The notes below the pieces were generated by a model that saw only the letters and a program-made list of their open reading frames with translations, searched no databases and had not been told where the DNA came from. A stretch of 64,000 nucleotides of DNA from an uncultured Candidatus Rokubacteria bacterium (GTDB lineage Bacteria; Methylomirabilota; Methylomirabilia; Rokubacteriales; CSP1-6), in assembly GCA_963771355.1 (NCBI GenBank), contig CAVYTA010000005.1, forward strand, positions 672,001-736,000. Reading direction: 5' to 3'. Of this stretch, positions 8,675 to 18,310 are shown piece by piece; the stretch's first letter is position 1, and the number at the start of each line of letters is the position of its first letter. Position numbers and translations under genes: made by a program.

Positions 8675-9619
8675 GTGCCGCGATTCTGGCGCTGGTTCTG
8701 GGTGGTGGTCCTGGGCGTGCCCGTGGCCGCGTTCACCATCTGGGGGCTGGTCGACAACGCCAAGCTCTTCTGCACCACCGCGCTCAACGGACTCACCCTG
8801 GCCGCGCTGTACTTCCTGGTGGCCAGCGGCTTCACCCTCGTCTTCGGGCTCATGCGCAACGTCAACCTGGCGCATGGCTCCCTGTATCTCCTCGGCGCCT
8901 ACGTGGGCTATATGGTCGGCGACAAGACCGGATCCTGGCTCCTCGCCGTCGCCGCCGGCTTCGCCAGCGCCGCGCTGTTCGGACTCGTCTTGCAGGTGAC
9001 GGTGTTCCGCTTCATGCAGGGGCAGGATCTGCGCCAGACCCTGGTCACCATCGCGCTCTCGATCATGCTCGCGGACGTGCTCCTGTGGATCTTCGGCGGC
9101 GAGATCTACCAGTTCGACCCGCCGCGCTGGATCTTCGGGCGGACGCCGCTGCCACTGGTGCAGGTGTACCCGACCTACCGGCTGGTGGTGCTGGCGATCT
9201 CGGCCGCCATCGGCGTCCTCCTCTGGCTGTTCCTCAACCGCACCCGCGTGGGGATGATGATCCGCGCCGGGGTGGACGATCGCGCCATGCTCGCCGCCGC
9301 CGGCGTCAACGTGCAAGCGGTGTTCGCCATCACCTTCGCCATCGGCGCTGGGCTGGCCGGATTCGCCGGGGTGGTGGGCGGCACCGCGCTCTCCATCGCG
9401 CCCGGCGAGGACACCCGCTATCAGCTCGCCTCGCTGGTGGTGGTGATCGTGGGCGGCATGGGCAGCGTGGTGGGCGCGGCCATCGGCGCCGCCCTCATCG
9501 GGGTGGCCGAGCAGTTCGGCCTGGCCTACGCGCCCACCTACAGCGTGGTGTTCACCTTCGTCATCATGGCGCTGGTGCTGGCCTTTCGGCCCCAGGGCAT
9601 CCTCGGGAGGCGCGCATGA
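8675..9619 (+). CDS. HAAT ABC permease, LivH-type
   Basis: GFTLVFGLMRNVNLAHG, VVIVGGMGS, FRPQGILG. Confidence 0.9.
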   Translation: MPRFWRWFWVVVLGVPVAAFTIWGLVDNAKLFCTTALNGLTLAALYFLVASGFTLVFGLMRNVNLAHGSLYLLGAYVGYMVGDKTGSWLLAVAAGFASAALFGLVLQVTVFRFMQGQDLRQTLVTIALSIMLADVLLWIFGGEIYQFDPPRWIFGRTPLPLVQVYPTYRLVVLAISAAIGVLLWLFLNRTRVGMMIRAGVDDRAMLAAAGVNVQAVFAITFAIGAGLAGFAGVVGGTALSIAPGEDTRYQLASLVVVIVGGMGSVVGAAIGAALIGVAEQFGLAYAPTYSVVFTFVIMALVLAFRPQGILGRRA

Positions 9620-10764
9620 GCGCGTCCCAGTGGCGAAAGGCCATGAACGCCGGTGCCGGGCGCACCGCCTGGCCGCGCACCGCCGCCGCGCCGGCTCCCC
9701 CGGGGATGGCCGCGAGGCCCGTGCGAGGCGCCGCCACGGACCCTGGCGCGCACTGGCTCCGGTGGATCGGGGGGCGGGTGCGCGCGCGTCACGTGCTCGT
9801 GCTCCTCGCGGCGCTGGCCTACCCAGCGGTGGCGCCGCCGTTCTTCACCTTCCAGATCGGCGCGCAGGCGCTTGCCCTGGGGCTGATCGCGCTCTCCCTC
9901 ACGTTCCTCGCGGGCTACGGCGGCATGGTGTCGCTGGCCCAGATGACGGTGGCGGGCATCGCCGGGTACATGTACGCGATCTTCGCCACCAGCGGCACCG
10001 AGGTCAGCCTCGGCTGGCCGTGGGGGCTGGCGGTGGTTCTGGCCCTTGCCATCGCCACGGTGTGCGGGACCCTCATCGGCTGGTTCTCGGTGCGCACCGA
10101 GGGCATCTACACCATCATGATCACGCTCGCCATCGGGGTCGCCTTCTTCTATCTCGTCCAGCAGAACTACTCGCTCTTCAACGGCTTCCAGGGATTCCAG
10201 TCGGTGAAGTCGCCGCGCGTGCTCGGCGTGGAGCTGCGCGATCCGGTGCCCTTTTACTATCTCGCGCTCTTCTGGGCGCTCGCCGGGTACTTCGGCGTGA
10301 AGTATCTCCTGCGTGCGCCTTTCGGGGTGGCGCTGCAGGGCATCCGCGACAATCCACGGCGCATGGCCGCGCTGGGCTTCAACGTCACCGCTCACCGCGT
10401 CGCCGCCTATGCAGTGGCCGGCCTCATCGCCGCGGTGGGCGGGATCCTCATGGTCTGGTACAACGGGCTGGTGTCGCCGGGCTCGGTAGGCACGAGCTGG
10501 CTCATCAATATTCTCATCATCGCCGTGCTCGGCGGGATGCGACATCCCATCGGGCCCTTCATCGGGGCGATCGTGTTCGTGCTGCTCCAGACCTTCGCCG
10601 TCGATTTCGTGGACCGCGAGCGGTTTAACCTGCTCATCGGCGGCATTTTCCTGATCATCGTGCTGTTCTCGCCCGACGGCCTGCTCGGCTGGTGGGCGGG
10701 CGGCCGCGCCCGCCTGCGCGGGACATCGGCGCAGGGGCGATGGGGTCGCCGCGTCGAGACATGA
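9616..10764 (+). CDS. HAAT ABC permease, LivM-type
   Basis: ATGA overlap at 9616. FLAGYGGMVSLAQ, GIYTIMITLA, VLGGMRHPIGP, PDGLLG. Confidence 0.88.
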   Translation: MSASQWRKAMNAGAGRTAWPRTAAAPAPPGMAARPVRGAATDPGAHWLRWIGGRVRARHVLVLLAALAYPAVAPPFFTFQIGAQALALGLIALSLTFLAGYGGMVSLAQMTVAGIAGYMYAIFATSGTEVSLGWPWGLAVVLALAIATVCGTLIGWFSVRTEGIYTIMITLAIGVAFFYLVQQNYSLFNGFQGFQSVKSPRVLGVELRDPVPFYYLALFWALAGYFGVKYLLRAPFGVALQGIRDNPRRMAALGFNVTAHRVAAYAVAGLIAAVGGILMVWYNGLVSPGSVGTSWLINILIIAVLGGMRHPIGPFIGAIVFVLLQTFAVDFVDRERFNLLIGGIFLIIVLFSPDGLLGWWAGGRARLRGTSAQGRWGRRVET

Positions 10765-10780
10765 GCCGAAGCTTCCACCC

Positions 10781-10800
10781 ACGCAGCCCCCGGGCTGCGT
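10781..10800. repeat. Intergenic inverted repeat (hairpin) upstream of the SBP gene
   Basis: ACGCAGCCC-CC-GGGCTGCGT. Confidence 0.55.
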
Positions 10801-10820
10801 TCACCACGAAGGAGAAGACG

Positions 10821-12074
10821 ATGACGTCACTCACCAGGCAGTGCATGCGGATGCTCGCGGTCGCGGCGATCGCCGTGACGGTGGGGGGCACCGCCGACGC
10901 CCAGCAGGTGGTCAAGATCGGCCTGCTCGCCACCCTGGAAGGCCCCTTCGCGGCGGGCGGCCAGGACGGCATGCGGGGCGCGGAGCTGGCGGTGAAGCAG
11001 CGCTACGGCACGGTCGCGGGCAAGAAGATCGAGATCATCAAGGCCTCGTCGGACGCGAAGCCCGACGTGGCCGTCAACGCGACCCGGAAGCTCGTGGAGC
11101 AAGACAAGGTCGACATCATGGTCGGCCCCCTCTCCGGCTCCGAGGGCATCGCGGTGAAGAACTACTCGAAGTCGCAGCCGAACATCACCTTCATCAACGG
11201 CTCGTCGGGCGCGCAGGCCACCACGCTCCAGGATCCGTCGCCCAACTTCTTCCGCTTCAATACCGAAGGGGCGCAGTGGATGGTGGGCCTGGGCGAGTAC
11301 GCCTTCAAGGACAAGGGATACAAGAAGATGGCCCTGATCGCCGAGGACTACGCCTTCCCGTATTCCCAGGTGCAGGGCTTCATGACCGAGTACTGCAAGG
11401 CGGGCGGCCGCGTCACCCACAAGGCCTGGGTCCCGCTCGGCGGCAAAGACTACTCGTCCGTGATCGCCAAGCTGCCGGGCGACGTCGACGCGCTCCTGGT
11501 GGTGCTGGGCGGCGCGGACGCGGTGAACTTCCTCACCCAGTACGAGCAGGCGGGCGGCAACAAGCCCATGGTGGGCGGCTCCATCACCGTCGACCAGACC
11601 GTGCTCAACTTCAAGGGCAAGCGGCGCGAGTCGCTCCTCGGCACGCCGTCGGCGGGCCCCATCGCCGACAGCTACGAGGGCGGCGAGTGGAAGAATTTCG
11701 TGGCCGACTACAAGGCGAACTTCAAGGACGGCTTCCCCAGCCCGTCGCTCTTCGCCTACGTCTACTACATCAACATGAAGGCGGCGCTGGACGGTCTCGA
11801 CGCGGTCAAGGGCGACCTCTCCGGCGGCCAGGCGAAGTATCGCGAGGCCCTCAAGAACCTCAAGCTCCAGACGCCGACGGGTGTCGTGACCCTGGACGAA
11901 AACCGCCAGGCCATCGGCACCACCTTCGTCACCGAGGTGGCCAAGGGCGCCGACGGCGTCTACTACAACAAGGTCGTGAAGGTGGTGCCGAACGTCAATC
12001 AGCGGCTGGGCATGTCCAAGGCCGACTTCGACAAGATCGGGCTCGGCTCCCGGGACGTCCCGAACTGCCCGTAA
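10821..12074 (+). CDS. HAAT ABC substrate-binding protein (LivK-like, type I periplasmic binding fold)
   Basis: AAGGAG RBS, signal peptide ending ADA-QQ, VKIGLL, VGPLSGSEG, PNFFRFN. Confidence 0.9.
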   Translation: MTSLTRQCMRMLAVAAIAVTVGGTADAQQVVKIGLLATLEGPFAAGGQDGMRGAELAVKQRYGTVAGKKIEIIKASSDAKPDVAVNATRKLVEQDKVDIMVGPLSGSEGIAVKNYSKSQPNITFINGSSGAQATTLQDPSPNFFRFNTEGAQWMVGLGEYAFKDKGYKKMALIAEDYAFPYSQVQGFMTEYCKAGGRVTHKAWVPLGGKDYSSVIAKLPGDVDALLVVLGGADAVNFLTQYEQAGGNKPMVGGSITVDQTVLNFKGKRRESLLGTPSAGPIADSYEGGEWKNFVADYKANFKDGFPSPSLFAYVYYINMKAALDGLDAVKGDLSGGQAKYREALKNLKLQTPTGVVTLDENRQAIGTTFVTEVAKGADGVYYNKVVKVVPNVNQRLGMSKADFDKIGLGSRDVPNCP

Positions 12075-12081
12075 CTCGAGC

Positions 12082-12111
12082 GCGGGGGTGAGGCTCAGGC
12101 CTCACCCCCGC
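12082..12111. repeat. Strong GC-rich stem-loop immediately after the SBP gene (mRNA stabiliser or attenuator-like)
   Basis: GCGGGGGTGAGGC-TCAG-GCCTCACCCCCGC, perfect 13-bp stem, no U-tract. Confidence 0.7.
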
Positions 12112-12117
12112 TTCGCC

Positions 12118-12912
12118 ATGGCATCCATCACCGAGCTACGTCGCGAGCACCAGACGCCGATCGCGTCGGGGGACGCTCTCGTCCTGGAGGGCGTCACCCG
12201 CACGTTCGGCGCGCTCAAGGCCATCGAGGACGTGTCGCTCTCCGTCGCCGCGGGCGAGCGCCGCGCCCTGATCGGGGCCAACGGCGCCGGCAAGACCACG
12301 CTCTTCAACGCCGTGACCGGCGACTTCCCGCCCACCGCGGGCACGGTGCGCTTCTTCGGCGAGGACGTCACCGCGCTGGCCCCGCACGAGCGGATCCGCA
12401 TGGGCCTGCGCCGCACCTACCAGTCCTCGCTCCTCTGCCGCGAGCTCACGGTCGCCGAGAATCTCTTTCTCTCGGTGCGGGGGGTGGCCCGTGGCCGCTT
12501 CGGCCTGCTGCGCCCACGGCCGTCGCACCCGTCCCGCGCCGCCACCCGGGATCTCCTCGACCGCGTGCGCCTGGGCGCGGTCGCTGACCAGCCGGTCGCC
12601 TCGCTCTCCCACGGCCAGCAGCGCCAGCTCGAGATCGGGATGGCGCTGGCAGGGGCGCCGCGCCTCATCCTCTTCGACGAGCCCGCGGCGGGACTGTCCC
12701 CCGGGGAGCGGCGGGAGCTGGTGGCGCTGCTCACCGCGCTGCCGCCCCACATGGGCTACATCATCATCGAGCATGACCTCGACGTCGCCTTGCGGGTCGT
12801 CGAGCGCGTCACCGTGATGCACAACGGGCACGTGCTCAAGCACGGCACGCCCGACGAGATCGCGGGCGACGCCGAGGTGCAGGCCATCTACATCGGCGGG
12901 GGACGCCACTGA
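12118..12912 (+). CDS. HAAT ABC ATP-binding protein, LivG-type
   Basis: [31 protein letters not shown]. Confidence 0.9.
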   Translation: MASITELRREHQTPIASGDALVLEGVTRTFGALKAIEDVSLSVAAGERRALIGANGAGKTTLFNAVTGDFPPTAGTVRFFGEDVTALAPHERIRMGLRRTYQSSLLCRELTVAENLFLSVRGVARGRFGLLRPRPSHPSRAATRDLLDRVRLGAVADQPVASLSHGQQRQLEIGMALAGAPRLILFDEPAAGLSPGERRELVALLTALPPHMGYIIIEHDLDVALRVVERVTVMHNGHVLKHGTPDEIAGDAEVQAIYIGGGRH

Positions 12913-15206
12913 TGGCCTGGTTCTCGCGCGGGCGGACGCGGCGGACCGCGCGTCCGGTCCTCCAGGTGGAGCGACTCGACGTCCACTACGGCCGCGCCCA
13001 TGCGCTCCAGGAAGTATCGCTCACCCTGGACCACGGCGTGATCGCGGTGGTCGGCCGCAACGGCATGGGCAAGACCACGCTCTGCAACGCCATCACCGGG
13101 CTCGTGCCCGCCGCCGGCAGCGTGCGGCTCGCCGGCGAGGAGATCCTCGGCCTGCCCCCCCACGTCATCACCGAGCGGGGTGTCGGCTACGTGCCGCAGG
13201 GCCGTCGGGTCTGGCCGTCGCTCAGCGTCGACGAGCATCTCCGTCTCGCCGCGGGCGGCCAGGAGGGGCCGTGGACGGTGGCCCGCGTCTACCAGATCTT
13301 CCCGCGCCTGGCCGAGCGGCGGCGCAACGGCGGGGCAGAGCTGTCCGGGGGCGAGCAGCAGATGCTGGCCATCGCGCGCGCGCTCCTCTTCAATCCTATG
13401 CTCCTGGTGATGGACGAGCCCACCGAGGGCCTGGCCCCGGTGATCGTCCAGCAAGTTGCGGACATGCTGAAGCACCTGGCGGGGGATGGCGAGATCTCGG
13501 TGCTGCTCATCGAGCAGAACCTGGGCGTGGCCATCGACGTGGCCGACACCGTCGACGTCATGGTCAACGGACGTATCGCGCGCTCCATGCCGGCGGCCGA
13601 GCTGGCGGCCGACCGTGCGCTCCAGCAGCAGCTCCTCGGCGTGAACTCCGGAACCGACGATGCGCCGGATGAGACGCCCGCGCTTGCGGACGGCGCCTTT
13701 CCACCGCGCGCGGAGACGGACGAGGTGCGGGTCTACACCGTGCGGCGCTCCGCCGACGACACGCCGGCGGGAGAGGCCGCCGCTGCTCCCGCTGAACGGG
13801 CGGTCCGCGGCTTCACCCGCTGGAACTCGGCCGACGCGCTGGGGGCGCCGCGCGACCGCTTGCTGGAGGGGCGGTCCGACACCATGACCCCGCCGCCGTC
13901 GCTGACCGATGCCGCCGCCACCCTGGCCGCCAGCGGGCGCGAGGCACGAGTCATCGAGTTCCCGGTGGCCGCCACCATCGGCCGCGCCGCCTACATCGCG
14001 GGGACCTTCGACACCAAGGGTCGCGAGCTCTTCTTCCTGCGCAATTGCCTCGAGAAGCTGGGCATGCGCACGGTGACGGTGGATCTGGCCACCTCGGGCA
14101 AGCCGTCTCCCGCGATGATCAATCCCCGGGAAGTCGCGCGACATCACCCCCGGGGCGAGCGGGCCGTGTTCACGGGGGATCGGGGCACCGCGGTGAGCGA
14201 GATGGCGGTGGCCTTCGAGCACTTCGTGGTCCGGCGCCGCGACCTCGGCGGCCTCATCTCCGCGGGCGGCTCGGGCGGCACCGCGCTGGCCACCCCGGCC
14301 ATGCGCCGGCTGCCCATCGGCGTGCCCAAGCTGATGGTCTCCTCGGTGGCCTCCGGCGACGTGCGGCCCTACGTGGGCCCCTCCGACCTCTGCATGATGT
14401 ACTCCGTCACCGACGTCGCCGGCATCAACCGGATCTCCGAGCGGGTGCTCGCCAATGCCGCCCACGCGCTGGCCGGGATGATCGCGTACGCGCGCCCCTC
14501 CGACGCGCCGTCCGACGCCAAGCCGGCGATCGGGCTCACCATGTTCGGCGTCACCACGCCCTGCGTGCAGGCGGTGACCCGGGCCCTCGAGGAGCGTTAT
14601 GACTGCCTCATCTTCCACGCCACCGGCACCGGCGGGCAGTCGATGGAGAAGCTCGTCGACTCGGGGCTCCTCGCCGGAGTGATCGACGTCACCACCACCG
14701 AGATCGCCGACGAGATCGTGGGCGGCGTGCTCTCGGCCGGGCCCGGCCGTCTCGACGCCATCGCCCGCGCCCGCGTGCCCTACGTCGGCTCGTGCGGCGC
14801 GCTCGACATGGTGAACTTCTGGGCCATGGACACCGTGCCCGCGCAATTCCGCGCGCGGAACCTCTACCGGCACAATGCGAACGTGACCCTGATGCGCACC
14901 ACTCCCGAGGAGTGCGCGCGCATCGGCCGGTTCATCGCCGACAAGCTCAACCGCATGGAGGGACCGGTGCGCTTCCTCATCCCCGGCGGCGGCGTCTCCC
15001 TCATCGACGCGCCCGGCCAGCCCTTCTGGGATCCCGCCGCCGACACGGCGCTCTTCGACGCCATCACCTCCGGCGTGCGCGCGACGTCGAGCCGCCAGAT
15101 CATCCGGCTGCCGCACAACGTGAACGATCCGGAGTTCGTGGACGCCCTGGTGGCGGCGTTCGGCGAGGTCTCCCGCGAGCCGGTGGCGGCGGCGGGGGCG
15201 AGGTAG
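12912..15206 (+). CDS. Fusion of a LivF-type ABC ATPase and a Tm-1-like ATP-binding (UPF0261) domain
   Basis: N-terminal [24 protein letters not shown], then a low-complexity linker of about 110 aa. C-terminal [70 protein letters not shown] are UPF0261 hallmarks. Confidence 0.88.
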   Translation: MAWFSRGRTRRTARPVLQVERLDVHYGRAHALQEVSLTLDHGVIAVVGRNGMGKTTLCNAITGLVPAAGSVRLAGEEILGLPPHVITERGVGYVPQGRRVWPSLSVDEHLRLAAGGQEGPWTVARVYQIFPRLAERRRNGGAELSGGEQQMLAIARALLFNPMLLVMDEPTEGLAPVIVQQVADMLKHLAGDGEISVLLIEQNLGVAIDVADTVDVMVNGRIARSMPAAELAADRALQQQLLGVNSGTDDAPDETPALADGAFPPRAETDEVRVYTVRRSADDTPAGEAAAAPAERAVRGFTRWNSADALGAPRDRLLEGRSDTMTPPPSLTDAAATLAASGREARVIEFPVAATIGRAAYIAGTFDTKGRELFFLRNCLEKLGMRTVTVDLATSGKPSPAMINPREVARHHPRGERAVFTGDRGTAVSEMAVAFEHFVVRRRDLGGLISAGGSGGTALATPAMRRLPIGVPKLMVSSVASGDVRPYVGPSDLCMMYSVTDVAGINRISERVLANAAHALAGMIAYARPSDAPSDAKPAIGLTMFGVTTPCVQAVTRALEERYDCLIFHATGTGGQSMEKLVDSGLLAGVIDVTTTEIADEIVGGVLSAGPGRLDAIARARVPYVGSCGALDMVNFWAMDTVPAQFRARNLYRHNANVTLMRTTPEECARIGRFIADKLNRMEGPVRFLIPGGGVSLIDAPGQPFWDPAADTALFDAITSGVRATSSRQIIRLPHNVNDPEFVDALVAAFGEVSREPVAAAGAR

Positions 15207-15210
15207 AGCC

Positions 15211-16041
15211 ATGGCGCGCATTCCCCGCCAGGACATTCTCAAGCGCTTCCGCGGCATGATCCGCCGCCGCGAGCCCATCATCGGCGGCGGGGCGGGCACG
15301 GGCCTCTCCGCCAAGTGCGAGGAGGCCGGCGGCATCGACCTCATCGTCATCTACAACTCCGGCCGCTATCGCATGGCCGGCCGCGGCTCGCTCGCCGGCC
15401 TCATGGCGTACGGCAATGCCAACGACATCGTACTGGACATGGCCCGGGAGGTGCTGCCGGTGGTCAAGCGCACCCCGGTGCTCGCGGGGGTCAACGGGAC
15501 CGACCCCTTCATGATCACCGAGGACTTCCTGCCGCGGCTGGCCGCGCTGGGCTTCTCGGGGGTCCAGAACTTCCCCACCGTGGGCCTCTTCGACGGCACC
15601 ATCCGCGCCCAGCTCGAGGAGACGGGCATGGGCTACGGTCTCGAGGTCGAGATGATCCGCGCCGCCCACGCCCTCGACCTCCTCACCACGCCCTATGTCT
15701 TCTCGGAGGAGAGCGCGGCGGACATGGCCAAGGCGGGCGCGGACATCGTGGTCTGTCACCTCGGGCTCACCACCGGCGGCGCCATCGGCGCGGAGACCGC
15801 GCTCACCCTGAAGGACTGCGTGGGACGCATCGACGCGTGGGCGGAGGCCGCCCGCGTGGTGAATCCCGACGTGATCGTGCTCTGCCACGGCGGGCCCATC
15901 GCCCGTCCGGCCGACGCGCGTTACATCCTCCGGCACTGCCGGCGGTGCCACGGCTTCTACGGCGCCTCCAGCATGGAGCGGCTGCCCACCGAGGCGGCTC
16001 TGACGGAGACGACCCGAAAGTTCAAGCGCATCCGGCGCTAA
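15211..16041 (+). CDS. Phosphoenolpyruvate hydrolase-like TIM-barrel protein (Tm-1 C-terminal-like)
   Basis: [65 protein letters not shown]. Confidence 0.9.
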   Translation: MARIPRQDILKRFRGMIRRREPIIGGGAGTGLSAKCEEAGGIDLIVIYNSGRYRMAGRGSLAGLMAYGNANDIVLDMAREVLPVVKRTPVLAGVNGTDPFMITEDFLPRLAALGFSGVQNFPTVGLFDGTIRAQLEETGMGYGLEVEMIRAAHALDLLTTPYVFSEESAADMAKAGADIVVCHLGLTTGGAIGAETALTLKDCVGRIDAWAEAARVVNPDVIVLCHGGPIARPADARYILRHCRRCHGFYGASSMERLPTEAALTETTRKFKRIRR

Positions 16042-16059
16042 AGGAAGGAACCCACAGCG

Positions 16060-16155
16060 ATGACAACCAGAGAACACCGTCTGAAGAAGGTGGTGGGGGG
16101 GAATGGGGGAGGAGCGGCGCCGCTCCCCCCCATCTCCAAAGGAGGCCTGTCATGA
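16060..16155 (+). CDS. Possible 31-aa mini-ORF (MTTREHRLKKVVGGNGGGAAPLPPISKGGLS)
   Basis: AAGGAAGG upstream; its TGA overlaps the flotillin ATG (ATGA); spans a palindrome. Confidence 0.3.
   Translation: MTTREHRLKKVVGGNGGGAAPLPPISKGGLS
16103..16133. repeat. Intergenic palindrome/hairpin
   Basis: ATGGGGG-A-GGAGCGGCGCCGCTCC-CCCCCAT (perfect 16-bp palindromic core plus 7-bp extension). Confidence 0.65.
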
Positions 16156-17858
16156 CCGGAGCACAGTTCGGCGCGGTGATCCTCGGGCTGATCGCGGTGG
16201 CCGTGGTGGTGGCGGTCATCGTGTGGCTGATGAACTGGCTGTACCTGCGCTCATCCAAGGAGCGCGCCTTCGTGCGCACCGGGCTGGGCGGCCAGAAGGT
16301 GGTCATGAACGGCGGCGCGTTCGTATTGCCCATCGTTCATGAAGTCGTGCCGGTCAACATGAACACCCTGCGGCTCGAAGTGTCGCGCGGCCGGGACAAG
16401 GCGCTCATCACCAAGGACCGCATGCGGGTGGACGTGGTCTCCGAGTTCTACGTGCGCGTCCAGGCGGGGGTGAACGCCATCGCCTCGGCCGCCCAGACCC
16501 TGGGTCAGCGGACGCTGGAGCCGGAGACGCTCAAGGAGCTGGTCGAGGGCAAGTTCGTGGACGCCCTTCGTACCGTCGCCGCGGAGATGACCATGGAGGA
16601 GATGCACGAGAAGCGCGGGGAATACGTCAAGCGGGTGAAGGCGGTGGTGGCGGGCGACCTCCTGCAGAACGGGCTGGAGCTGGAGGCGGTGTCGCTCACC
16701 CAGTTCGACCAGACGGGCATGGAGTTCTTCAATCCCTCGAACGCCTTCGACGCGGAAGGCCTCACGCGGCTCACCGACCAGATCGAGCGTCGGAAGAAGA
16801 TCCGCAACGACATCGAGCAGGACACCATGATCCAGGTCCGGAACAAGAACCTGGAGACCGAGCGCCAGGCCCTGGACATCGACCGCGAGCTGGAGTACGC
16901 GCGGCTGGCCCAGGAGCGTGAGCTCGAGGTGCAGCGCGCCACCCAGCGGTCCGACGTGGCGCGGCAGCGGGCGGACCGGGAGCAGGAGGCCGAGCGCGCG
17001 CAGATCTCCGCCCGGGAGGCGGTGGACCGCGCCCGCATCGCCGCGGAGCGTTCGGTCGAGGAAGACCGCATCACCCGGGAGCGCGAGGTGCAACAGCTCG
17101 AGATCGCGCGGCGGCAGGCCATCGAGCTGGCGGAGCAGCATCGCGCCATCGCGGTGGCCGAGCAGTCCAAGGCCCAGTCGGAGGCGCAGGGCGCCGCGGA
17201 CTTCGCCCGGGCCAAGGCGGTGGCGGAGGAGGAGCGCGTCTTCACCACGCGTGAGACGGAGATGGCGGAGCGCCGCAAGCGCATCGACCTGATCGGCGCC
17301 GAGCAAGAGGCGGAGCGCCACGCGCTCCGGGTTCGGATCGGGGCCGAGGCGGAACGGGCCGCCGCGGGCGACCGGGGCGCGGCGGTGCGCGCCGAAGCCG
17401 AGGCCCATGCCGATGCGGAGAAGGTGAGGGCCCTGGCCTCCCGCATCCGGAACGAGGTGGAGGCGGAAGGGCTGCGGCTCATGAACGAGGCCGCCAATAT
17501 CTTGACGCCGGAAGCGCGCCTCTCCGCGATGCGCATCCGGCTCATCGACAAGCTCGAGGGCATCGTGCGCGAGTCGGTGAAGCCCATGGAACGGATCGAG
17601 GGCATCAAGATCCTCCAGGTGGACGGGCTCGGCGGCGGGGGCGGAGGGCGCGGCGACGGGCGCGAAGGGGCAGGTCTCGCCGACAGCGTGGTCAACTCGG
17701 CCCTCCGCTTCCGGGCCCAGGCTCCGCTGGTGGACCAGCTCCTGCGCGAGATCGGCGTGGATGCCGGCGACGTGGGCAAGGCCGCCCGCGGCCTCCTCGA
17801 CCGCAGCCAGACCGCGCTCCCCACCACCCCCGCCCCAAACGGCCCCACCGAAGAATAA
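16152..17858 (+). CDS. Flotillin/SPFH family protein (YqiK-like)
   Basis: AAAGGAGG RBS, N-terminal TM helix, AFVRTGLGGQKVV, LITKDRMRVDV, NGLELEAVSLT, FNPSNAFDAEGL, long Ala/Glu/Arg coiled coil, KPMERIEGIKILQV. Confidence 0.9.
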   Translation: MTGAQFGAVILGLIAVAVVVAVIVWLMNWLYLRSSKERAFVRTGLGGQKVVMNGGAFVLPIVHEVVPVNMNTLRLEVSRGRDKALITKDRMRVDVVSEFYVRVQAGVNAIASAAQTLGQRTLEPETLKELVEGKFVDALRTVAAEMTMEEMHEKRGEYVKRVKAVVAGDLLQNGLELEAVSLTQFDQTGMEFFNPSNAFDAEGLTRLTDQIERRKKIRNDIEQDTMIQVRNKNLETERQALDIDRELEYARLAQERELEVQRATQRSDVARQRADREQEAERAQISAREAVDRARIAAERSVEEDRITREREVQQLEIARRQAIELAEQHRAIAVAEQSKAQSEAQGAADFARAKAVAEEERVFTTRETEMAERRKRIDLIGAEQEAERHALRVRIGAEAERAAAGDRGAAVRAEAEAHADAEKVRALASRIRNEVEAEGLRLMNEAANILTPEARLSAMRIRLIDKLEGIVRESVKPMERIEGIKILQVDGLGGGGGGRGDGREGAGLADSVVNSALRFRAQAPLVDQLLREIGVDAGDVGKAARGLLDRSQTALPTTPAPNGPTEE

Positions 17859-17862
17859 CTGC

Positions 17863-18300
17863 ATGATCAAGGTCTACGTTTCCAGCGTCATCGAGGCGCC
17901 GGCGGACGCGGTATGGGCGCAGATTCGCGACTTCAACGGCCTGCCGAAGTGGACGCCGTTCGTGGCCGAGTCCCGCATCGAAGGGGGACTCGCCGCCGAC
18001 AAGATCGGCTGCATCCGGAACTTCCGTCTCAAGGATGGCGGCGTCATCCGCGAGCAGCTCCTGACGCTGTCCGACTACGACTTCCAGTGCACCTATTCCA
18101 TTCTCGAGAGTCCCATGGGCGTGGCGAACTACGTGGCCACGCTCAAGCTCACCCCGGTGACGGACGGCGACCGCACCTTCGCCGAGTGGTGGGCGGAGTT
18201 CGATTGCGCCCCCGAGCGGGAAGGGGAGCTCGCGCAGTCCATCGGTCAGGGCGTGTTCCAGGTGGGACTGGACGCGCTCAAGGGTCTGTTCCGGCGGTAG
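17863..18300 (+). CDS. SRPBCC (polyketide cyclase/MxaD-like) family protein
   Basis: SSVIEAPADAVWAQIRDFNGLPKW, IGCIRNF, IREQLL.LSD. Confidence 0.88.
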   Translation: MIKVYVSSVIEAPADAVWAQIRDFNGLPKWTPFVAESRIEGGLAADKIGCIRNFRLKDGGVIREQLLTLSDYDFQCTYSILESPMGVANYVATLKLTPVTDGDRTFAEWWAEFDCAPEREGELAQSIGQGVFQVGLDALKGLFRR

Positions 18301-18310
18301 CCGGCGCCCC

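Noticed and set aside
12912..16041. Tm-1-like genes as an antiviral defence system, by analogy to tomato Tm-1
   Set aside because: The context is entirely transport and catabolism under a TetR, and nothing in the sequence points to defence.
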